A stretch of 60,264 nucleotides of DNA from positions 31,705,479-31,765,742 of the forward strand of contig NC_057718.1 of assembly GCF_004010195.1 (NCBI RefSeq). Direction: 5' to 3'. This document shows, in pieces, positions 25,247 through 37,315 of this stretch; position 1 is the first letter of the stretch; every line of letters begins with the position of its first letter. The translations under genes and the position numbers were made by a program. The notes beneath the pieces were generated by a model. It was not told the DNA's origin, searched no databases, and was given only the letters and a program-made list of their open reading frames with translations. Source of the stretch: Chiloscyllium plagiosum. Taxonomy: Eukaryota.

Positions 25247-26848
25247 GTTGACCATGCCCAGCCATTGGCGCATTTGCCTCGCAGCAGTTGGGGCTGGGAA
25301 GTTGAAAATAGGAGTTATGCGGCTCTGTTCCAGGGCACATGAATCAGCTGATATAATAAAACCCAAAAACTTGACTTGGCATAGTGCGATGGAGACTTTT
25401 TGTGAGGAGACCAAGTAACCCAAGTGCTTTAAGTAATTCAGAAGAAGGACAACATCAGATCTATTTGATTCTTAATCAATGCTGGCTAAAAGACGATCGC
25501 CTACATATTGAACTAATGTGGATCCACTCGTTAAGGTTCGACATTTCAATTGATTCTGTAAGATCTGAGAAAGAAAGTGTTGGAGAATGAACGAAGCCCT
25601 GAGGTAGTCGAGTCCAAGTTAACTACTGCCCACGTTGAGGATTAAGGCAAATAAGTACTGGCTGTGCTCATGAACTGGTAGTGAGAAAAATGCTTGTTGA
25701 AGATCAACAACAGTGAAACATTTAGTATCCTCAGGAATATTTGATAAAATATGAGCTGGGTTTGGAACTAAGGCATGAAGTGGCTAAGCAATGGCATTGA
25801 TAGATCTCAAATCTTGAACCATTCTGTCTTGATTTGGTTTTCCAAGTTTGGACAGCCATGATTGCAGTGTTACAAGGTGATTGGCATGGCACTAAGATGC
25901 CTTGATGGAGGAAGTCTTCTATTAAAGAAGTAATGCTTGGAATTGCCTGCTGCTTCAGTGGATACTGGCGAATGGATGGCAAGGTAACACTTGGTTTTAA
26001 AGCAACTTGAATAGGTTCACAGTCTGTAAGTCCAAGATGAGTGTATGTTTCACCCCGTACATCGGATTGACTAAATCAAGGATGTCTCGACTGTCATGAT
26101 GCTGAAGTGTAGCACCACAGGAAGTAGGAGTTGTATAATATTGAACAGTCAAATCGTTTTGAATCGTCTGCAACACATAACAATGTGGGTCAGACTTGGT
26201 CATTGCACGGTGAACCATAGGGCCAAGTTCTTTAGCATGGTGAGGCGGGTAAACTTTTGGAATGATATGAGGTGCTGATTGCTTCCATAGATGAAGAGAT
26301 ATTTCCGCCTCCCCTTCTGGACCAATGACATGGGCCAAATTCTGCACAGTTCATTTGGTTCCAATTAAATAAATTTTAAAATTTCAAGAATTTTATCCTG
26401 GTCTGTTCGGACATAAGCAAGAGTATTGTGGTCCCCAGAGTTTTTGGTATTAATATCAAGTGACCACCACTGTGGTTCAGTGGATACATACTGCTGACGT
26501 TCGTATGAATCAGAATCAAGCTGGACACCATCAGGGGAACATGCAAGTTTTACTTGAAAGGAAGACAGCAAATCTCGTCCCATCAAGTTGCATGATATTT
26601 TGTTTGTAATTACAAAACGATGAGACAGGGAATAACCTTGAAAATAAACAGCAACAGGTTGAGAAAGTGGATATTTTTTGCTCTCTCTATGTAGACCAGA
26701 CAAACTCTTTGTTTGTATTGAAATTGGCAAGTCTTTGTCAGATCTTACAGAAGACATTGAAGCTCCTGTGTCAATTAAAAAAGGATACCATTTGTTGTTA
26801 ACTTTGAGTACGACTATAGGTTCCTGCTTAAAAGACGCGACACGTCTA
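25247..26848 (-). mobile_element. Endogenous retrovirus pro-pol fragment, class I (gamma/epsilon-like), decayed
   Basis: Protease EPIVVLKVNNKWYPFLIDTGAS...NLMGRDLL. RT PSIRQYPL, SPCNTAIMAV, LQQAFFSLPVHEHSQYLFA, WTRLPQGFVHSPT, QYVGD (decayed YVDD), QVKFLGFII, RQWLGMVN. Confidence 0.9.
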
Positions 26849-27033
26849 CCCAGAGAGTGGTGGGGGCATAGAATGCGCTGTCTTTGGGAGTGGCAGAGTC
26901 AGAATCATTGGCGAACTTTAAGTGGCAATTGGATAGGTACATGGATGGGTGCTTAAGCTAGGACAAATGTTCGGCACAACATCGTGGGCCGAAGGGCCTG
27001 TTCTGTGCTGTATTGTTCTATGTTCTATGTTCT
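26849..27033 (+). mobile_element. CR1 3' terminal fragment
   Basis: gggccgaagggcctgttctgtgctg followed by a (tgttcta)n terminal repeat. Confidence 0.85.
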
Positions 27034-28393
27034 AAAGACAACTTGAACAAAGGGATGACTAATGTGGACAAATCAGTATTTGCAGATTTTGTCAAGTCCC
27101 CTAAATATTTAGATATGCCTCCACAACAGTATAATCCTGTTACATATAGGTCGGCTGAATAAACAAAATGCAAGCAAACATCTATCCCATGACTTATATA
27201 TACAAGCAGAAATGTGATATTGCATAAATTTCATGAAGTTATTTATACGAAGAGAAAAATAAATGACATTATGTGGATTTTCTTCTGTAATTTCATTTTC
27301 ATTGGCATCAATATGAAAGGATACTGAACAGAGACGTGTACTAATTAAAAATAAGTTTTTTGAAGTTACAAATTCACCTGTAGGTTTTTACATTCATCTG
27401 TCAATTTAGAAAATCCCTCTAAAATTACAGCTTTCATATATAAAATACATGTTTATACCTCAGGAAACTGATAAAAGAATATCTTATTTCATGTTTTTCC
27501 TTTTGATGTTCATGTCTTTTTTGAACTCTGCTTTCTTTGTTATGTACACAAATTTCTTTCAATCACTTTTCCTTCGGTAACAAAATAACTGTTCATTATT
27601 ATTCCTGGTAGCTTCTTTTTCTAAAATCAGATCCGTGAGCACATGTTTTTTTCCCCTTTCTCTAAAATTCTGTTTTCCTTAACTGAAACCATGACTCATT
27701 CTACAGTACAATTCCACAAATACTGGCAATCGCCGACCCCCAATCCTCATCACCCACTACTCAAAGTTATGTGTCAGTACTATGGTTTTAAGAGGTATAT
27801 TTTGTCTTGATCTTTTTTAAATAAAAAAGAAAGTTGAGATAGAGGTGATAAGCAGTCAGTTCCAAGCCAATAAATTAAACAATTTGAAGGGCCTTGGAGC
27901 TTTTAATTGTTTAAAAACAAATTAGAACAATAGAAGCAACATGAATGGGTGGAGTCAGAAGCAGGGTTTTCGTTCAGCTGTCAGTAATTTCTGGAGTCTT
28001 GAAGCTGGATGTGGAACTCTCTGTTACAGTGAAAAGTTGGAGTTCTCCCTGCTGCCAGAATTGCATGAGCGATAATCTATTTTATTGAATTTGCCTTTGC
28101 CAGGGGTGTGTTTATTGGATGTTACTATATTGAAACAATTGTTGTTTAATAGTTAAGTTACCTATTATTCTGTTAAGTTTTCTAATAGAGTTAAGATGTC
28201 CTAACTGCTCATTCTTTTGATTATATTTTTAACTGCAAAGGGTAAGAAAAAAATGTTTTATTTAAAGCTGAGTAGAATGACCAATCGAATTAAACCTGGA
28301 GCACAGCACCTTGCACTTGCCTTTAAATAAATGTTAGGGTCTAGGACATCTCCTTGATATATTTGAAGGGAGTTGGCCTGATCCATAATAAAT

Positions 28394-28411
28394 TGGGGTC
28401 TTGACCAGGAT
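28394..28411 (+). promoter_or_regulatory. Primer-binding site, tRNA-Pro-like
   Basis: tggggtcttgaccaggat matches TGGGGGCTCGTCCGGGAT at 14/18, 3 nt after the LTR end. Confidence 0.7.
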
Positions 28412-28697
28412 CAAAATGTCTAATTCCAGGTTGGGATTAGGAATATTGGACTCAAGGACAGTGATGAGTGTTGGTGCTTTTTTTCCCAGGTGTTGTACTT
28501 GGTTGGGTTAAACAGGGTATGCCTTGAGCTCTTTCAGTCAATAAGAGTTTCCTGGGATTGGAAGAAGGCATTTTGAAAGTTTTGCGGAAAGTGAGCAAGG
28601 CAAAGTTTCTGGAATTAGCCAGCAAATTGAAGTTGCAGTTGCCGGTGTCTGGGAGGAAAGGTAATATAATTGAAGCAACAGCGCTATATTTACAATT

Positions 28698-29250
28698 AGG
28701 CGAAAGTGAGTACTGCAGATGCTGGAGATTAGAGCCAAGAGAGTGTGGTGCTGGAAAAGCACAGCAGGTCAGGCAGCATCTGAGGAGCAAGAAAATCGAC
28801 GTTTTGGGCAAAAGCCCTTCATCAGGAATGAGGCTGGGAGCCTCGGGGATGGAGAGATAACTGGGAGGTGGATGGGGCTGGGAGAAGGTAGCTGAGAGTG
28901 CAATAGGTGGATGGAGGTGGATAAAGGTGAGAGTTCAGAGAGGATGGTGGAGCGGATAGGTGGGAAGGAAGATGGACAGATGGGAAGGTCATAATGATGG
29001 TGCTGAGCTGGAAGGTTGGAACTTCCAGCAAGATGGGGGGAGGGAAATTGAGGAAACTGGTGAACCCCACATTGATGCCATGGGGTTGGAGGGTCCCGAG
29101 GTGGAAGATGAGGCATTCTTCCTCCAGGCGTCGGGTGGTAAGGGAGTGGCGATGGAGGCAGCCCAAGACCTGCATGTCCTCGGCAGAGTGGGATGGGGAG
29201 TTAAAGTGTTCGGCACGGGGCGGTGGAGTTGATTGGCGCAGGTGTCCCAG
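28698..29250 (-). mobile_element. Penelope-like element 3' fragment (GIY-YIG C-terminus, 3' UTR, hammerhead core) inserted in Gypsy gag
   Basis: RRLEEECLIFHLGTLQPHGINVGF is a PLE GIY-YIG C-terminal motif. Downstream on the minus strand: cctgatgaagggcttttgcccaaaacgtcga. Confidence 0.88.
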
Positions 29251-29807
29251 ATTGTCAGGAATGCAAATAGAATTACTGGAAAAGGCTAAAATTCAATTGC
29301 AAATGAAGCAGCTCGAATACAAAAAGGCAATAACACAATTTGAATTACAATTAAAACAGAGGAAAAAGATAAAAGGAACGCCCTAGCAGAAGAGAGGGAG
29401 AAAGAGAGAGGTTTTGAAGTTTGGAAGTTTGCAGTGAAAGGAGTCAATTTAAAATGTTGTACTTGGTTGGGTTAAACAAGAGTCGTGATGGGGATAGTGA
29501 TGAAGAGCAAACACATCATAGCGAAAAGTCCGGTGGGCGTCTGTTTACCTATGTCCAAGTGTTACCAAAATTTGATGAGAAGGACATAGAAACCTTGGTC
29601 ATTTCATTTAAAAAAGTGGCTGAACAAATGAAATAGTTGGTGATCATATAGGTATTGTTAGTTCAAACAAAATTGTTAGGTGGAGCTAGTGAAGGTATTT
29701 ACATCACTTTCTGGGGAATAGAATGAGGTAATAAAAGCCATCTTAAGTGCACATGAACTAGTGCCAGAAGACGACAGATGTTTTAGGAATCAAAGGAGGG
29801 AACCTGG

Positions 29808-30131
29808 TCAAACGTAGAGGTGGGTAAGTGCATTGAAAATAGATCAGACGTATGACACTTAGGGACGTTACTTTGGAAGAGTTCAAAAATTCACTTCCTG
29901 AAGTAGTGAGAACTTATGTGGAAGAACAGAGATTTAAGACTGCGGAAATTAGTAGCAGAAATGGCAGATTCAAACGTAGAGGTGGGTAAGTGCATTGAAA
30001 ATAAATCAGACGTATGACACTCAGGGACGTTACTTTGGAAGAGTTCAAAAATTCACTTCCTGAAGTAGTGAGAACTTATGTGGAAGAACAGAGATTTAAG
30101 ACTGTGGAAATTAGTAGCAGAAATGGCAGAT
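29808..30131 (+). repeat. 162-bp tandem duplication within Gypsy gag (29808-29969 and 29970-30131)
   Basis: Three substitutions between copies by eye. Confidence 0.93.
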
Positions 30132-33100
30132 GATTATGAATTATTTCATAAATCAAAGTTTGAAATTGATGCTAGAAGCTGATCTGCGAATGACAGAAAT
30201 TGGGGAAGAGAGAAATCCTCAGGTAGTAAAGGAAAAATAGATCTCATTGAAGATAGTAAAAATAGTTTACCACAGGGCAAAAAGGAAACCCATGAGGGGG
30301 AAAGAGAAGCAAAAGAGCTTAGGTCTTTTCACTTCAATAAAGTAGGCCACATGAAGTCACAGTGTTGGTAGTTTAGAAAAAGCACTGGGAAAATGGATGT
30401 AGGAAAACAGGATAAACCAGTGGGGCTTATAAAAGTGTAAAGGAGGTCCCAGTGGAAGCTAAAGAACTGCAAAAGAATGTACAGCCTGGTCTGGAGTTGG
30501 TTAAGAAGAAAGTACCAAGTACCAGATTTCTTATCTGTGTGGGTACAGTTTATTCATGTCTACCAAGAATAGGAGGTGAAGTAACCACAATTTTAAAGAG
30601 ATACAGGAGCAAGTCAATCTTTGATGGAGAGAGATGAGGTGGTACGTACTTTGGAATGAGCATTGCCAGAAAATATAGTAAATGTGGAATTCATGGTGAG
30701 AAGAGTTGTGTTCCATTGTATAAAGTGAGATTGGAGAGTCTGGTGAAAAGTGGTGATAGGAGTAAAATAGAAAAATTCTCTATTCCAGAGATACAGTTTA
30801 TCCTTGATAATGATATAGCTGTATCACAGGTGGGAGTGATACCTACTGTGGTTGAAATGCCAGTGGAAAATCATGGGGTTTTCCCTGTCTGTGTGGTAAC
30901 AAGGTCACAAAGCCACAGATTGAAACAGGAGAAGAAATCAAGGAGTAAACAAAAGGAAGTTGTAGGTCAATTATCAGAAACTGATAAAATGATTGAGAAA
31001 AAAAACAAGAACAGATGAAGGACAAGGTAGATACTTTTCGTTCAGTGAGGTTAGTTGAATTACAAAAAAAAAAGAAAAATACTTGTATCAAAAAGCATCC
31101 ACAGAAAAAGAATCTGAGTGTATACCAGAGTATTACTTGTTTAAAAATTAAGAAATGGAGACCACAACATGTTCAGACATATGAAAAATGGACAGAACTT
31201 CATCAAGTTGTATTACCAGTGGGGTACAGAAAAGAGGTTTTGCATGTAACACAAGTTACTAGTAGGAGATCATTTGTGAGTAAGGAAAACTCAAACCAAA
31301 ATATAAAAACATTTTTATTTGCCTGGACTGAAAAGAGATGTGGTTGAATTTTGCCAGTCTATGAGGTGCCCAGAGGCTATTCCATTATGCAATATCATGA
31401 CTTGAAGGATTGTGGAAGAATTACTCTCTTTTTAAACTAGATATGGCATACCCATAGAAGTACAATCAGATCAACAATCCAAGATTCGTCAAAATTATTC
31501 AAGGAAGTTATGCATAGCTTGGGAATAAAACAACTTAAATCAACTACGTACAATCCAAAGTTGCAAAAAGCATTAGAATGATGGCTTCAAATTTTGAAGA
31601 CTGTGTTGAGGGCTTATAGTCAACATTATCCACAGGACTCGGATAAAAGAATTCCATTTGTACTTTTAATGATGCATCTAATGAATCAACTAAATTCAGT
31701 TTATTTGAACGTTTGGATAGGTGGTGAGAGGACTACAGAAATTAATGAAGGAAAAAAATAATGACTCACAGTTCAGAGGCCACATATTTGGAATATGTGT
31801 CAAATTTTAGGAAAAAATGAAAGAGAGTGGGTGAGTAGCTAGACAGCATTTGATAGTAGTACAGCACGTGATGAAATAGGAAGCAGACAAGAAATCAAAA
31901 ATTCATAGTTTCACTGAAAGAGATAAAGTGTTAGTATTATAATCAATGATAGGTGAACCTTTAAAAGCAAGGTTTAGTGGGCCTTAGTAAATCAAAAGGA
32001 AACTGAGTGAGGTGAATTATTTGAGAAGAACTCCAGAATAAAGAAAAACTGTGTGTCACATGAATATGCTTAAACGATATTTTGAAAGGGAAGGAAAGTA
32101 AAAGGAGAATGTGATACTGGTTACAACTCAGCGTGAAGAACCAAATTTAGATAAATTTGAATTTGATATTCAAATCAAATTGGATAATGAGAAAGATCTC
32201 AAAAAATTGGGGTAAATTGAGTTACCTTCTACAGGAAAACTGAAATGACCTTAAAGAGTTATTACAATCACATAGAAAGATATTTGGGAATAAGCTGGGA
32301 AGTACTAACATGATTACACATGATGTAGAAATAGGAAATGCTGTTCCAATTAAGCAATATCCTTATAGACTTAACCCTCAAAATCGGCACAGGCTCAAAG
32401 AGTCATTGAAAGCATCCTCAGAAAAAATATCGAAGTGAGTTGCAGCAAATGGTGCTACAATCAGATGGTAACCAATGTTTGTGTGTTGATCACAGCAAAG
32501 TCAATGCAGTTACGAAGTGTTTCACATCCTGTTCCCTGGCTGGAAGACTGTATTGAGAGGTGGAACAAGCAATTTATATTTCAAAGCTGGACTTACTCAA
32601 AAGAATACTGGCAGATAGCATTATCCAAAATAGCAAAGGAAATTTTGGCTTTCATGACACCAAGTGAGTTTACCCGTTTAAAGTCATGCCATTTGGTATG
32701 AGAAATGCATCAGCTACATTTTAAACATGAAACCAATAAGATCATTTTGGGATTACCCAATTGTGTGGTACACACAGATGATCTGACGATAATTAGTCAC
32801 TAAGGAGGAAAATTTGGAGCATCTATCTGAATTGTTAAATTGACTTCAGAAGGCAGGCTTGATTATAAACCTGGCTAAGAGTGAGGTTGCAAATGCCCAA
32901 GGTACATTCCATGGTCATATCATTGGACACAGAAAGATGACCCCATTGGATATGAAACCAAACATTGTTGGGAAATTCCCCATACCATAACAAAGAGGGA
33001 AGTACTATGATTCTGGGGACTGAGTGCATTTTATCAAAAATTCATACCGACGTTTAGCAGTGTGTTTGAGACTTATTGAAAAAGTGCAGAAAATTCCAGT

Positions 33101-33431
33101 CAGAATGCCTGAAAGCTGTGTGAACCACCATCCCCATATTAGCCACACCTAATTTCACAAAGCCATTCAAAGTGACTATTGCTGCGTGTGATACGGATGC
33201 CAGTGTTCTACTCTTGCAAGAAGACAAGATGATAGAAAAGGCTACTGGGTATTTCTCCAGAAAGTTCAACATTCATCAACAGAAACAGTTACAATTGAGG
33301 AGACCTTGAGTTTTGTGCTGGCACTGCAACATTTCAACATTTATGTTGCCAGAAATGTATCTGAGACAATTGTACATATTGATCATAATCCTTTAATATT
33401 TCTGGAAAAACTTTGAGGGTAAAAATTTAAA

Positions 33432-34209
33432 CATCAGAAATTGGCTAGCTGAAAGAAGACAGAGTAGTGGTTGATGGGAAATGTTTATCCTGGAGTTCAG
33501 TTATAAGTGGTGTACTACAAGGATTTGTTTTGGGGCCGCTGCTATTTGTCATTTTTCTAAATGACCTAGATGAGGACATAGAAGGATGGGTTAGTAAATT
33601 TGCAGATGACACTAAGGTTGGTGGAGCTGTGGACAGTGCTGAAGGATTTTGCAGCTTACAGAGGAACATAGGTAAGCTGTAGAGCTGGCAAATGGAGTTT
33701 AATGCTGAAAAGTGAGAGGTAATTCACTTTGGAAGGAGCAACAGGAATAGAGAGTGACGGGCTAATGGTAAGTGTAGATGAGCAGAGAGATCTCAGTACG
33801 CGTGGACACTGATCCCTGAAAGTTGCCTCACTGATCTGATAGGGTTGATAGGGTTGTTAAGAAGGCATATGGTGCATTAGCTTTTATTCGTACAGGGATT
33901 TGGGGTGACTAGGTCATGCTGCAGATGTACAAAACTCTGGTGCAGCCGCACTTAGAGTATTGCGTGCAGTTCTGATCACCGCATTATAGGAAGGATGTGG
34001 AAGCTTTGGACAGGGTTCAGAGGAGATTTACTAGGATGTTGCCTGGTATGAGAGGGAAGGTCTTATGAGGAAAGGCTGAGGGACTTGAGGCTGTTTTCGT
34101 TAGAGAGAAGAAGATTGAGAGGTGACGTATCTGAGACATACAAGATAAAGAGAGGGTTAGATAGGATGGATAGCGAGAGCCCTTTTCCTCAGATGGCGAT
34201 GGCTAGCAC
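33432..34209 (+). mobile_element. CR1 LINE RT fragment inside Gypsy element 2
   Basis: SGVLQGFVLGPLLF, FLNDL and KFADDTKVGG motifs. Confidence 0.92.
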
Positions 34210-36529
34210 TTACAGGTAGAAGTTGGAGTTCTCTCTGCTGCCAGAATTTCATGTGAGACAATCACTTTTACTGAATTTGCCTTTGGCAAGGATGTGTTTA
34301 TCGGGTGTTACTATATTGGAACAGTTGCTGTTTAGTGGTTAAACAATCTATTAATCTGTTAAGTTTTCCAATAGAGTTAAAGTTATACCAATTTCTCTTT
34401 CTTCTGATTATATTTTAACTCTACATGGTAAGAATAAAGTGTGCTTTGCTTAAAATCAAGTAGCGTAACCAATCAAATTACATCTGGAACACAGCACCTT
34501 ACACATGCCTTTAAGTGAGGAAAGGTTGGGGTCTAGACTATCTCATTGACATATTTGAAAGAGGTTTGGTCTGGTCCATAACAGTTATCATTCTTTGTAT
34601 CCCACTTCCATTGTGACTAATAGACTATTTGACATGAGGTAGAATCATGGGCATGCCTGATTCTACCCTCACTCAATGGCTGCAGTCAGAAACAGTTTGT
34701 TAAGCAATCCTCTCAATTGCCTAGGAACACTGAGACCATCAGCAGTTTCCGTTTGGATGCACTTTCACAAGTTATTTCATGCCTCTTCTCAAGTTATGAC
34801 AATTAGGCAGGAAAACTCTTGCAGAAATTCATCCTCCTTTTTATCTCAGATGTGATTAGAAAAGTCATGCAGATCAGGAATTATACCAAGGACTTGTCTT
34901 ACTCTTATAAGTTAGTTCTATACCATGAAGTCCTTTTACTTACAGCACCATGTAAGCAAATTCATTGGTACTCATTTAAATGTGTAAGTCGTAAGTATGC
35001 ACAAAGATTCTCTCTTTTTAAAAAAAAACTGTTGAACATTCTTTTAAACATTTCCCCTTTAACTTGTAATTAGATTTGGCCTGACACACAATAGTTGTTG
35101 CTTACTACTTTTGGACATTCACGTGTAAACAGCCAAAAAATTGACCAACACTTTTGAACATTTGAATATGTTACAAATTATAAAACATATTAAGAGTAAC
35201 CATAAAGAATGTTTGTGGTTACATTTTTTCATTCATAAGTGCAGTCAAACCACAAGTTTATGTGCTTCCTGATATCATTTTACCAGGTTCTTTTTACAGC
35301 TCCCATTATTTTGTTTGCATCTCTCAAGAATAATGAAACAAATATTTCATTTTTTTATCTAGTCATTTATGCAAAGTTAAAATGAATAGCTTTTCCACAA
35401 ATAATTTAATATTTTTCAATTTTGCTGCATATTACACCTCATTACTTTCAAATTATATATCCTCGCAATAATGCCTGTTTGACATGCAATTTATTCTATC
35501 CCAATTCAAGCTATGAGTCAATCACAAACATGATAATAGGTAGAGAAGTTACTTTCTTCTATTTGCCTAGCAGAGTTCCTCTGAGCTAGAATTCGGGAGA
35601 GTGGCTCAAGTTAACAGTGGTGTTGCATTTTTTCTTTCTCCTGTGTCATACTGTCATACATTAAACATAAATGTGATATTAAATGTTTTTACAAGATCAT
35701 CACTCAAGTCACTTTCCTTCAATGATGTAAAGCCCATTTTTTTTTTCCTTACACATTAGTCCTTTGATCCTTCATAGCTCAACAGCTTCCAAGGTCTGAC
35801 TGCCTTTATGTCTTGGTGAACAGAAATGGAACCAAACCTTAAATTTATGGTCTTAATATAGTACTGTATAGGTGCAGAAATTTCAATAATGCGCACTTTC
35901 CTGTCTTACCAACATTGTTCATTTTATAATATTTGCATTATACCACAATATTATAGTTGCCTTGTATCGAGTTGTCTTGATTATTCTGTTAATCCTGTGA
36001 CTCATCATGCCAAGATTCACCTGCACTGCCATTCATACTCATGCAAATTGTAAATACACCCGCAGTAATTTACATATTATTTGTAGATGTATGCATTGTA
36101 AGTCAGGACGTGCTGTCAGAAGCATTTCTTTTGGCTCTCCTCCCACTAAGTACACAGGGAAGGATAAAGTTTGCCTGGCAGCACTTGTCCAGCTACACAT
36201 TGGGCTTTACTAATGGCACAGTGTCAAGACTTCTGCTTTGTGAGAGTAAGGAGATAGGACAAATGAGGTGTCATAGAGATGTGTTACATATAGAATGAAG
36301 CGAGGTTCAAAGAGTGGTGTGAAAAATCTCATTAGGTTTCACAGATAGAAACCATCTATGAAACTCACCAAAATTGATATTTAACTGATTTCTGGTAAAA
36401 TTCAATGAAATGTTTAAAATGGTAAACTTTTGTTTATTTTCTTTAGAAGTTTATGATACATATGATGTTTTAGGAGAATTAACATCACCCTTTCCTAAAG
36501 TGCAGAAAGCTAGCTGCAACAAAAACGGA

Positions 36530-37315
36530 CGTGGTGTTGTGCATGAAACACAGAAAACTTGCACACTGGTACAGCAGGTAATCAGCAAAGTTAATCAAAT
36601 GTGGATCCTTATTTCTACAGGGTTGGAAAACAAGAGTAAGGAAGATTTACTGCAACAGTGCAAGGTGCTGGTGAGGCCGCATCTGGAGTACTGTGAGCAG
36701 TTTCAGTCCCTTTATTTAAGGAAAAATTTCATTGGAGGCATTTCTGATAACGTTCATTATGTTGACCTTGGGTATGGAACAATTGTCTTACTAGCAAACG
36801 CTAAACAGGTTGGGACTCTACTCACTGGAGTTTAGAAGAATGAGAGGTGATCTCATTGAATAGGATTCTTAAGGGGTTTGACATGGTAAATGATATGGGG
36901 ATGTTTCTCCTTATTTGAGTGTGTAGGACCAGAGGGCACAGTCTCAGAAAAAAAGGGGCACCAATTTACCACTGAGATGAGGAGGAATTTCTTCTCTCAG
37001 GGAATTAAGAATCTTTGGATTCCTTGTCATAAAGAGCTGTGGGGGCAGAGTCCTTTTGTATATTTCAGGTTGAGGTAGATTCTTGATTAATAGGAGAATC
37101 AAGGGTTACAAAGATAGAGTCAAAAAGTGTGTTGCTGGAAAAGCACAGCCGGTCAGGTCCAGCAGCATCTGAGGAGCAAGAGAATCAATGTTTCAAGCAT
37201 AATCCCTTGATCAGGAAAGGACAGGAAAGTGGACAGGGTGAATGCTGGGTCTACCATGATCCTACTGAATGGCTGAGCAGGCTCGAGAGGCCTGCTCCTA
37301 TTTCTTACGGTTCCC
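36530..37315 (+). mobile_element. CR1 LINE 3' fragment with a decayed Penelope tail inserted at ~37110-37215
   Basis: LVRPHLEYC and EMRRNFFSQ motifs plus CR1 tail; insert gttgctggaaaagcacagc...aatcccttgatcagg. Confidence 0.8.

Larger units (their letters stand above)
27770..34583 (+). mobile_element. Second Gmr1-like Ty3/Gypsy LTR retrotransposon, decayed (gag-PR-IN-RT-RH)
   Basis: 4-bp TSD GTTA (27766-27769 and 34584-34587). 5' LTR 27770-28390; partial 3' LTR ~34210-34583. PKFDEKD gag motif, RDTGASQS ~30598, integrase ~31150-32100 upstream of RT ~32300-32950 and RNase H ~33150-33420. Internal region homologous to element 1, but LTRs differ. Confidence 0.92.

Noticed and set aside
24619..25423. 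Long ORFs of 192-250 aa
   Set aside because: Artefacts of reading through the N gap; they join CR1 and ERV sequence.
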